A stretch of DNA of 64,000 bases from Chrysomallon squamiferum (lineage: Eukaryota > Animalia > Mollusca). A program made the translations under genes and the position numbers. The notes below the pieces were generated by a model, which saw only the letters and a program-made list of their open reading frames with translations, searched no databases and was not told the DNA's origin. Shown piece after piece: positions 53,662-64,000 of this stretch (position 1 is its first letter; the number at the start of each line of letters is the position of its first letter). The stretch is taken from contig CM022670.1 of the NCBI GenBank assembly GCA_012295275.1, positions 41,416,001 through 41,480,000 of the forward strand. The letters are read 5' to 3'.

Positions 53662-55459
53662 CTCTAAACATTAAACATCTCATGTTACAAAGATGAGATA
53701 ACAAGCAGCACATTTCACAGATAAAGAAATGTATAAGTTTATTAGTCAGATCATGAATGAAAAACCTTGTTTCTAAAACTAATCTTTAAAATGAACAGGT
53801 CTAGATATATTGTTAAATAATAGTATTTTTTTATCAGTTACTGTCAAACACACATATATATTTTCATAAGAACACACACACACACACACACACAATAATA
53901 AAAATACAGAAATACATTTTGCATATATATCTTTAAATTTAAAAAAAATAAAATGATTTTTTTTTTTTACATCAAATTAAAAACTGAAACATTTAGTAAA
54001 CTGGTATTTATTTGCTGTGCATTTTAATTACATTTTTCTCCACTGTCCATGATTAGAATATTTTCTTCCAACTAGAACGTTCAACTTGCTATCATATATA
54101 AATATCAGTGTGATGTTCCAGCAATCTTAGCAAAATAAGTATGTTAACATTCACTGATGGCTTTGATTATAACTTTAGACAACAACTACTTCAAACATTT
54201 GCAGAAACAAATGGCTTTTCTACCATTAGTAAACAAAAAAGTAAGTGACATTATTTATGCACGCATTAAAACACGACTACACAATAATTTGAAACATCAT
54301 GTACGAGTTGTATTTTATATTAATATTGACAACAGTAATGGCCGACTGAAATATTGGCGTGATGCCAATGAAATAATTGGTCTTCTTCGTAATGATAATA
54401 TTATATCTATTTAAACAACCATTTATTAAACAGTCTGGCCAGGGAATATGTTTTTATAGCTAAAGTACATTACAGGCTTCGTATACACAGATATCACAAA
54501 CATAAAGTTGTCATAAAACGTGACCAATTTAAAAATGAACTACCTTCAAATAATTAAAATGAATTTAATGAGAAATTGGTTTTTTATATACAGACGTGTG
54601 TGCATCATTAGAGACAAGACTTGTGCACTTTAGCATACACTGTCTGGCTTAAGTAAAAGTAAGAAATAATTTCAGTTATAAGATAATTTTATTTAATTTT
54701 ACTTTTTTAACTGATCTGCTCCTTATCAGAATACATCCTTTTAAATAAAATATTTTCTGTCATTGTTTTTATTAGTGATTTTCATTTTTTTTAAATAAAA
54801 CATAAATGATAAAAAAGTTTGATAACAATTATGTTGACACAAAACAACTAATTAATATTTTTCAATGGTATCAACACATTTTATACTGATGAAATCTAGC
54901 TGTGAAACTGGTATTTATATAACAATAATATGAATAAAGAAACCTACTAGAATGATTCCCCTGAATGTGCTTATAATAATGACACTATGGATGGCAAGTT
55001 GACTAACAACTGCAAGATAAAATATTGTCATTGTCCAAACAGTGGAGGTATTAAAACATAGCAAAAAAAAAAAAAAAAAAGCTCAATAATCTGATATAAT
55101 GAAATGTCAATAACCTTACACATCAAATGCCACATTATTAATAGAGTTTTATTTTTGGAAATAAAATTTAAAAATCCAATAACAAAAATAGATATTTTAA
55201 TCAAGAGCTTTAGCCATTGGGCAGTCTGGACTTAAACAATACAGCACTGAATACAGTATAAGATTATTTTAAACAATACAGCAATGAACAGAGAATAAAA
55301 TTATTTTAAACAATATTGTATTCTGCACAGACCTACCTCTCACAACGGAATATAAACTTAAATCAAACAATACTGAGCAGAATACAAAGCTGCATCAAAG
55401 CAATCTAAGACAAATCAAGCTCAACACATAATACAAACTTTAAAATATCATAGAAACAC

Positions 55460-55740
55460 ATCAACACATGATAGAAACAGATATCAATATGACAGAAATG
55501 GACATCAACATATCAGAGAAATGGACATCAACTATGACATAAGACAGAAATAGACATAAGCATATAACAGAAATGGACATCAAGATATGACAGAAATGGA
55601 TATCAATATATGTCAGAACTGGACATAAACTAAGACATAAGACAGAAATAGATGTAAGCATATAACAGAAATGGACATCAACATATGACAGAACTGGACA
55701 TCAACATATGACAGAACTGGACATCAACATATGACAACAA
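55460..55740. repeat. 23-bp minisatellite (ACATATGACAGAACTGGACATCA)
   Basis: Perfect copies at 55681 and 55704; diverged copies upstream. Confidence 0.9.
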
Positions 55741-56611
55741 CCAACCTCATTAGCAGGCAAAACCACAATATAAGACATATAACAAAAATATCTAGATGTA
55801 TGTCACATGAACCAACCTTTGCACAAAACCCAAACAATGTTCTACTTCAGACACATCTAAGTAATAAAGTAAAATTAAATTATCTGCTTGGACAATTTTT
55901 TAAGACTACATTTTTTTTCTCTTTTTTTTTCTTTGATGGCCAAGAGGATGAAATGCAAGTTATACTTTCATGAAAGGTATACTAGGAAAAAGGTCGAAGA
56001 GGGTCTGGCAGTTTGCTGTGGGCAATGTGCCAAACATATCATAAAATGTCAAGAGGGATGGATGTATTTAGTGAAAACTTCACTTGATAATACTAATATA
56101 CTCAAACTGTGCCTTTCTGCAAACATCATCAGACATTTTCTAATTAAAATGTGTACTCATCCCTTCTATTAATGTACTCACGAGCTAAATTGAAAAATGA
56201 AAATTATTAACGCATGTGTGGAGACTGTTTATAATAGGAAGCACCTTGTCTCGACATTTTCAGCTATTAACAATCTGTGTAAATTTTTAATGAATTCATT
56301 ATGATTTATGCACCAAATTGTATCTTTTCTATCTACAGCACATAATTGTTTTCCTAAATTATTTGTTTTACATTATAAAAACTTGTTTGTTACTGAGTGC
56401 CAGGAACTGTCGCATATTGAAATAAATAAATAAAACTACAAACCAAATATAGATGGTCAGTGTGATTAAAACGAATTACTGTTTAATTACAGCTACCTGC
56501 ATGACGACAAATATTAAACATTTTAATTAACCAGATGTTACAGTAATAATCAACATTTTCAACAGTAAATGAAATGTTTAATACACACTGTATTAAACTG
56601 CAATACAGAAA

Positions 56612-56900
56612 TCAGCCATAGCTTAGTGACACAGCACTTGCCTGGAGAGCAAAGTTCTGCAGGATCAGTCCTCCCCACTGTTCACATTGTTGAAGCACAG
56701 GCTACATGCACTGTTTACATTCTTTGAGATGCTGCACATGAAAACTGTGACTAGAAGAAGTGGCAGCAATTCTTTTATATGTCACCAATACTTTGAGAAA
56801 TCTCTAATATTACAATGTTTAATAGTCATTTAAACTGTAATGTTATTCCATATCAATAGCTTTATATCACAGCGTATTTCCTATGACCCTTTCTTTAAAT
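56612..56900 (+). mobile_element. Highly decayed tRNA-derived SINE
   Basis: A-box-like TAGCTTAGTG..ACAGCACTTGCCTG followed by AGGATCAGTCCT (B-box region); GAAGTGGCAGC core remnant. Confidence 0.45.
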
Positions 56901-57340
56901 AAGTTTGCATGTTAAACAAAAGTTTGATTAAAAAGGAGAAACAACATGCACAACAACATGCACAACAGCATGCAAACAAAGCTACAATGTGACAACAAAA
57001 CAAAGGAATTTCAAGTTATTAAAATAGAAACAAAAAACGAATTTCAAATTAATTCATTATCATAGGAAGTCTTATTTTTCCTAAAAATTGTTTCAGTGTT
57101 CACTTGTCTGTTTAATATATAATTACTAAATGTGCAAATATTTAAAGTAGCTAAGAATACATATATTCCTAAAGAAACAAAAAATAAAATAAAAAAGTGA
57201 GACAGTGAAACAAAACAACCTTTGCTGATGAAACATTTCATTTACTTTTCAACTATATTAGTATTACATATGTACAAATATTTCAAAAACTCTACATTAA
57301 AAATTAAAGTATGTTTCAATTGTCTTTATATGCAAAATAA

Positions 57341-57377
<37 letters not shown>

Positions 57378-58369
57378 AACACTAGTAACTGAGTGTATGG
57401 TAGTTACAATTACCACAGTAACAATGAAAACTTTAGTGACAATGTCTGTATACAAGGGTATATAACAAATGATAGAGCATGTACAACAGAAGAGTGAGAA
57501 TGTATATGCACAAAAGTAATATAATTGTATTATCAGCGACAACAAACCCTTTTTTTCTATCATTTTTGTTAGGGCTTAAATGTCTATATCAAATATGTAT
57601 TAAGCTATCTTTGTTACATCTTTCTGATTGTTCAGTTTGTGACATTTTATATTCTTTAACATAATTTTTTCATAAATCTTTTGCACATACTGTTTAGTGT
57701 TGGTTTTGGTTTTAGATTTTTGTTGGTGTTTTTTTGTAAATCTGGATCAAGATAGATAGTTTGATTAAAAAAATAGAATAAAATATTTTTAAATCTGACA
57801 GACATGTAGACACAAATCATCAAAACCTATGAAAAAATTATATAAATAAAATATATCTGTATCATTAATATGAGCTATTAAACACAAAAATACCTCACAA
57901 AGACTATCAAATTAAATGATTTATATCTTAAGTACAAGTATATCTGAGTCACCCTGAAAAAGTATGTCATATCAGTGAAGTAGCCATGTTTGATTTAGTT
58001 TTATAATTATATGCAAAAATATTCAACAGATATAATATATTGCTTTGCATGTCTAAGTACAATTGTGTGACAAAACTCTAAACTGAATTTCCATTTCATC
58101 TGGAAATGATTTGCTTCCACAAATGGAAAACGAGTAACATATTTTCAAATACTAGACAACCCATTAAAATTTTTCCATCACTTCAAACTGTTTAGAACAT
58201 TTTCATAAATGATTGATCACCTTTTGAAAACATGAAAAATTGAGGAATTAATTCTCCTGGTGGGATTCTCCCTGTTCCTGCCAGTGCCCTTTAGTATACC
58301 AGAGAATTTATATTTATATCAGCCTGATGCATGTAGGTATTAACCACTGGGTTTTTCAAAATAATAACA

Positions 58370-58592
58370 TGCAAAGAGACACCATTATCTGACAATGCAG
58401 GCTATTCTAATTCTTTCAAAACAAAATATTATATAGTCATCTTTTTATAGACATGGTGAAGCACATACATGTTTTGATATATCAGTTGTTGAGCTCATGG
58501 TGGAACAGGAAATTATCAAATGGGTTCAGTAAAAACGATTTATCTCACAATACATTACACTTCAGACAGCTGATTTATCAGTGTGCTACAGA
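58370..58592 (-). mobile_element. Decayed SINE copy, same family as 12325-12612, antisense
   Basis: GCACATACATGTTTTGATATATCAGTTG...TGGAACAGGAAAT...AATGGGTTCA...ATCAGTGTGCTACA is the reverse complement of SINE head plus core. Confidence 0.6.
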
Positions 58593-59940
58593 ATATTCAA
58601 ACTAGATATCTAAAGTTATAATTGAGTATCATAAAAAAAACTTAAAAACAATTGATAAATGTTAATTCACTTTTTTTTTTTTGCCTTTCTTTATCATTTT
58701 ATAGAGCTTAATTAAGATTTTATTTTACATTTTAGAAGCAATTTTCATGTAAAAATTATAAACTTTTGTTTTTACTCACCTTTGAAAATATTTTCAGTGT
58801 TCAACTTATTTTGATGGTTAATCTAAAAATATATATAAAACATTTTTTTAAATGAAATACATAAAAAGTCAAAAACAGTTTCACACCGAACTTACTTCAA
58901 AAATACTATCACTACTTTGTGGTTTAACTATGACTTGGATTGTCTGTACCAAGAGGTAACTGGTGAGATATAAAATTATATTAAGTAACTGAAAACAGCA
59001 CTTTTAAACAGATAAATAAATCTTTTTTTACTCTTTACATCACTAAGATGTATTCATAGAATTTGCTATTTTATAAATAATTAGTGAGTGGAAGCAGAGA
59101 AAAAAACAAGAATGGGTTATGACAAGAGGATTGAAATAAAACAGAAATACTGTATACATGTTTTTTTAACCAAAATTTTTGTAATAATATCAACATCTAA
59201 TTAACTGTTTAATGAATATTTTGTTTATTTAACTAATTTACTATAATAAACAAATATGTTATGTAAGAGCAGTCAGAAATGGCAGTTTGTTGAAAATTCC
59301 AATTAGCTTGTGTCAGGTATTTTGTATAAAACAATAAAACAAAAATGTGTAAATTTTCAACCACCCTAATTTGAATTTTAACAATGCACTCTGGAGGTTA
59401 ATTATTTAATTCTTGAAAAGGCCTGATTACGTAAGACATTCGTGAACAGGTGGCAGCTACAGTCGCTAATTACCACGTGAACTGGGAACAAAGGACAAAC
59501 TATACTGCAAACAAAACAATTAAATTTTAGCTTTGTACCGGCTTAAACAAATCAACCAGCTGACGATCCCGTAGCTGAATTATTGTTTTCTGTATTGTTT
59601 ATATTTTCTACAGAGTCTTAGAAGCCCGGGTCGGTGTCATGTAAATAAATTATTAACATGGTCACCGAAAATTGAATGATTAATCAGACACTGGTTAAAA
59701 TTCAGGAAATGTCACTTGGCTTGTGACATGTACATTTTAAATATTCGTACTGTCATTCACTACATGTACCTATTGTTATTAATCTGAACTGAAAAGTAAA
59801 CGAATAAGGTGTCGTTTCTCAAAAACTGTAAAAACCCGGTGCCGTCTGCTGCAGGTAAAAGCGAAAGGAAACAAATATACACCTAACTTGGAGCGTCGGT
59901 TACAATTAAAAGGACAAAGTGCATTTTCATAATTCCATAC

Positions 59941-59978
59941 CATCTTCTCGGGTTACTTGGCATCTTCATTTTGTTCAT
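59941..59978 (-). CDS. CAAP1: Putative CAAP1-like coding exon 1 (MNKMKMPSNPRR + 2 nt, phase 2)
   Basis: ATG at 59978 and donor ATG|GTATGG at 59941/59940, inside the CpG-rich promoter region. The 38 nt leave phase 2 (TG), which joins the T that starts exon 2 to give TGT-ATA-ACA-ATG in frame. Additional exons in the intervening 39 kb are not excluded. Confidence 0.6.
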
Positions 59979-60031
59979 ATTTTCGAGTAAAACCTGTCAA
60001 AATCACTTCTTTCAAACAGCGTGCTTAGAGT

Positions 60032-60043
60032 CTCGCCATATTG
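60032..60043 (-). promoter_or_regulatory. YY1/TISU-like motif CAATATGGCGAG
   Basis: Inverted near-copy (11/12) of the plus-strand motif at 60068-60079. Confidence 0.55.
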
Positions 60044-60061
60044 GGCATGGAATTCTGGGTA
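60043..60061 (-). promoter_or_regulatory. Staf/ZNF143-like binding site
   Basis: Minus strand reads TACCCAGAATTCCATGCCC, close to the Staf consensus YWCCCRNMATSCMYYRCR (about 3 mismatches); it lies centrally between the two divergent first exons. Confidence 0.55.
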
Positions 60062-60104
60062 TGAAGACAAGATGGCGAGGACTTGAAAGGGACCGTGAAA
60101 GAAG
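60061..60104 (+). other. Putative first exon of an unidentified plus-strand gene (5' boundary uncertain)
   Basis: YY1 motif followed by donor GAAG|GTAGGC at 60104/60105; downstream sequence is T-rich and intron-like. It may be 5'UTR only, or encode MKTRWRGLERDRER from ATG 60061. Confidence 0.5.
60068..60079 (+). promoter_or_regulatory. YY1/TISU-like motif CAAGATGGCGAG
   Basis: Matches the YY1 core AAGATGGCG and the TISU consensus SAASATGGCGGC at 10/12. Confidence 0.65.
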
Positions 60105-61599
60105 GTAGGCTTTACGCTCATTTCAAGCAAATTTTCTACCGTTAAAACAAATGCATTAACTTGTAAAATTATGGAAATTGTAAATCACTGTGTACTTTAA
60201 ACTTTCCAATTGATTATAAAAAAGGTTACTCAAAATTGTACCGGAAAATCGATTTCTATTGAGTGTTGTCCAGTTTTTAAAAATTTAATTCAGATCTCAA
60301 TTCGCCCTTGAGTACACCACAATTATGATGATATTAACCAAACGTCAGCATAAAATTATGGAAGCCATTTTGTTTTATAACGGTGGTGCATGCAGTCTTG
60401 AAAACTTTACTCTTGGGGTAAGTTTTGATTTTTAAACTTTTAGAATTTTTTTTTTTTCTTTAACTTGACATTTAAGTTTTGTATGACAGCCCGCTATGAG
60501 AATCTAAGTTATGAGTAGTTTATCGGTAATGTTGTTTTTGACTTGTGTCAATTACGTTCACTAGGGAACGCCTATTTATTTCATTTATAATTGTATATTG
60601 AGGTGAAAAGCATACAAATAGAATGGTATGCAGGGGATACTGGATTTAGGTCATGAAGTAAGATCTTTTGGGTGAGTTTGTGTGAAGTAATCCCATGTGC
60701 AGGCGTAGATTTACAGGCAACGATGTTCCATGTTTTCCATAGCGCTCTGGTCAGCCGTGGTCAGTAGGGAAATTGATTTTTCGTGTTGGTCATCGTTCTA
60801 TTGCTATTGTTTTAAACCTAATTTATTTTTTAAAAATATTAAAACATTGTTTTTCCTTACTTTACTAATTGTTTAAAACTTTTACGTTTTTGGCACGCGC
60901 GCGTTACGGTAATATTGTAATATTATACTGGTGTTGTTTTAATGCGTCAGTTAAAAGAAATAAAAGAAGAAAAAATGTATATAAAATATTTAAATTGTAG
61001 GAGCTCGTATCTTACATTTTTAATTTTTATTAAAATTCTAAAAATTATTGGTAACTGAATATTTAATTTTTAATATCTTTTTCGCCTAAAGTCTCATTAA
61101 TTATTATTATTTTTCATATATTTTTTTATATATTTGTTTGTTTGTTTGTTTGTTCGTTTGTATCTAAATAATTATTATATTTTTAATTAGTTATATAAAA
61201 GTATGATTAACAGATATAATTATTTTTTTTTACGCAAACTGCAAGTATAGGCCAAGGTCAGAGTTGTATTGTTGGCCATCTGTTTAAACTTGATATGTAA
61301 ATATCCGTTCAATCAAAATCTTATATGACGGTTTTATTAATGGCATTCAGATATCTGGAAATAACACACCATGATTTCATTTTGTTTTTTGTTCTATTTT
61401 ATTTTATTTTATTTTATTTTATTTTATTTTATTTTATTTTATTTTATTTTTGTTTTTGTTTTTGTTTTTATTTTTGTTTTTGTTTTTGTTTTTGTTTATT
61501 GGAATTTTATAATACATATTTATGATATTAAATGCAATTGTTTAACTGAAAAAATATATTGTAATATATTTTTAAAAATAATTTAATTTCAAAGATACA

Positions 61600-61895
61600 T
61601 TATGTATTATTAACATTGTGAAACTAGTTATAGTTGTCTATTGATGTTACATAGTTAAATGTTGTCTATTAATATCAAAATATTTTGAATATTTAACAAT
61701 GTCTAATGTTGTTACATAGTTCAATGTTAATATAGTTTATACCTTACATTACATAGTGTATTAATATTATATAGTTCAATATATTAATATTACATAGTCA
61801 ACACTGATGTGTATCATAGTTCAGTATTATTCTACATAATTCAACACATTGATCATACATGGTTTACATTGCCTGTTGGTGCTACATAGTTAATA
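61600..61895. repeat. Degenerate tandem repeat (TTACATAGTTCAAT...)
   Basis: TACATAGT recurs many times. Confidence 0.6.
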
Positions 61896-63724
61896 TTAGC
61901 TGTTGATTACTTTACTAATATTTCAAGTTCAAATACGTGTTAACTGACAACAGTTTAAAACAGCAGTTAAACTTTAAAAATGATTCTTGTCTGTTTATAG
62001 TATTGTTAAGTTTAAGGCAGCATGTATTTGTGTTGTAAATAGAATTAAACTTGTCGGTTATTAAAAAATAAAAATAGCTTCATGGTCTCGTTGTGTTAGA
62101 ATTGTTACAGTATCAGTTTCAGTTTTTAATGGCATGTTATTAAAAATTATGTGGTGATAATTACAGAAATAATATTGTGTTACTCAGCGTATTTCAGCTT
62201 GTAACATGACTTTCTTAATGCTGATAGAGCTTGTTAAATCAGTGACAGTTTTATGCAGAATATGATGTAAGCATGTTAGCCCAGGTTTCAGTCATAAAAC
62301 CTGATGCATAACAACAGATGGTTCAAATTGATGGGGGAAAAAACCCAACCTCTCCATGTTGCACTACAGGTCTCTCCCTGTCACAAATGTACTGCACAGA
62401 CTGAGCCTCCAATCGCTATGTCGGTGAGCGACAGTGTTAAGTGATGTGTATATAAGTGGGTTGGACTGAGCTGTCAGGTTGAAATGTGTCAATCAACATC
62501 ATCCTGTACGATGTTTACAGCTAGCCTTGGGGGATTCCCTGATTGGGGTAGGAGATTATTCCCCCCTGTCAGCCAGGTATTGACATGCGATGTTGGGATC
62601 ACTAATTGCAGGTGTATCACTGTGGTGCATTTTCATTGACTGATTGAGCTATTTTTGGTGATTATCGGAAAATCTGGAAAGTCTAACCACAGGAGGGGGT
62701 GGTTTCACAAAACAGATCTCTTTTCCGCTTTCTGAGCAATGAGAATAGGGGTTTCCTAGTGCATCGCAAATGTGTTACTTAAGAATTGTTATGTAAACTT
62801 TGTCTTTTGACTTGATTACAATGCATATATACAAATGTTATCATAGAGACAATAAAATTAATTATTTTTACAAGGGGATCAAATTAAACGTACATTGCAA
62901 CAAATTTGAATATTTTGCCATGTTTATTCATGGATGGAAAACATTAATGAATAAGTTATACATTGTACATTTTGATGTTGTAGATTTTTACTAAGTACCA
63001 AAACATAAATATTTATTGTAAATTACTACTTTGACATTCATGGAAAGCTGTTTCAGGATTAATTTTATTTTATTTTATTTTATTTTTTTATTTTTCTAAA
63101 AAATAATTAGAATTTTTTGAGGGATGGGTTTTTTAAATGTTTAACAAAAACGAAAGAAAAACAACAAAAAAACTTGAAAAACATTTTTAATTAGTATTGC
63201 TTTTATTTATTTATTTATTTATTTAATTTCCAAAATTATTAATTTATTATTGTTTTATTATTATTATTTTTTTTTTTTTGTCAATATTTTTAAAGATATA
63301 TTCACTGCGTAAAATGATTTTCTTTTAAAGAGATTATTAATTTCGGCCGATATTATTTTCTTACCAGGTATTTGGAACTGTTCCAGAACTAGATATAGGA
63401 ACATATTTTTTTGTTATTTTTTCAAAAAAACTTATCCCAGAATGTATCACTTTGTTTCATCTAGCAACACATGTTTGAAACTGCTGGGTTCAGATGTTGG
63501 AATAATATTACTAATTGAAGTAATTAAGCCACCCACTGTCTGCCTTGAGTTGTTAATACTACTCTACACTTAGTGATCTTAGTCCTATCATTTGTAACAC
63601 ACGTGTTTTTACTTACAGGCAGTGCACCTTGCATTGTCCACATGCTCCACCATCATAACTGAAATACACTGCACAGTTTAACAAATACACATTTCTAATA
63701 CACCTGTGTGTCTCCACATAAATA

Positions 63725-63990
63725 CACTAGCAGCACTCTAATTATTTCTAATACAAAGATATATTCCCAGAGCACAAATATGTTCCCAATATATTCCCAG
63801 TATATAAATATATTCCCAGGGTGCAAATATATTTCTAATACATAAATGTATTTCTAATACACCAATGTTTTCCCAATATACAAATATATTCCTAATATGT
63901 AAATATAGTTCCAGTATACAGATATATTCCTAATACATATGTATTGATTATTTTTAGTAAATTGATCTAGTTCTAATATACTGATTTCAA
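63725..63990. repeat. ~20-bp degenerate minisatellite (AAATATATTCCCAGTATACA)
   Basis: ATATTCC.A and TTCTAATA recur at about 20-bp spacing. Confidence 0.75.
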
Positions 63991-64000
63991 ATATTTTTTG

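Larger units (their letters stand above)
20735..59940 (-). other. Putative intron 1 of CAAP1-like gene (39,206 bp, GT-AG)
   Basis: Bounded by the donor and acceptor listed above; filled with simple repeats, minisatellites and SINE relics; no convincing coding exon seen. Confidence 0.55.
59400..60950. promoter_or_regulatory. CpG-retaining bidirectional promoter region
   Basis: Visible rise in CpG relative to the flanks; divergent splice donors at 59940 (-) and 60105 (+); YY1-like motifs at 60034-60044 (-), 60068-60077 (+) and GCCATTTTG at 60364-60372. Confidence 0.75.

Noticed and set aside
59941-59993. Exon 1 as an internal exon using acceptor-like ttttgacAG at 59994
   Set aside because: Weak pyrimidine tract, and the region immediately upstream is the divergent promoter; retained only as a minor alternative.
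2958-62994. Numerous F/L/I/Y-rich or CV/HT-repeat ORFs in the supplied track
   Set aside because: They derive from poly-A/T, (AAAT)n, (TG)n and (AT)n tracts, and many start at GTG/TTG, which is not meaningful for a eukaryote.

Overview
AT-rich, CpG-depleted eukaryotic (animal) genomic DNA, almost entirely intronic. Decayed tRNA-derived SINE copies resemble a family I recall from gastropod molluscs, so a mollusc origin is an inference, not a database result. The window holds the 5' part of one spliced minus-strand gene, a CAAP1 (caspase activity and apoptosis inhibitor 1 / C9orf82) homolog. Its exons are a putative coding exon 1 at 59941-59978, exon 2 at 20545-20734 and exon 3 at 13428-13604. 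They join in frame to 135 aa across introns of about 39.2 kb and 6.9 kb, and the gene continues beyond the left edge (intron 3 >13.4 kb). At about 60.0-60.1 kb is a very compact, mirror-symmetric bidirectional promoter. It has a central Staf/ZNF143-like site flanked by two divergent YY1/TISU-like motifs, each opening a 4-codon ORF (MARL* and MART*), and it appears also to drive an unidentified plus-strand gene. The introns contain many unrelated minisatellites (38, 89, 68, 28-31, 27, 48, ~21/62 and 23 bp units), microsatellites, SINE relics and several CpG-retaining islands that look like cis-regulatory elements. Nearly all other ORFs in the supplied track are low-complexity artefacts. I saw no CRISPR array, rRNA, intact tRNA or intact transposon ORF.
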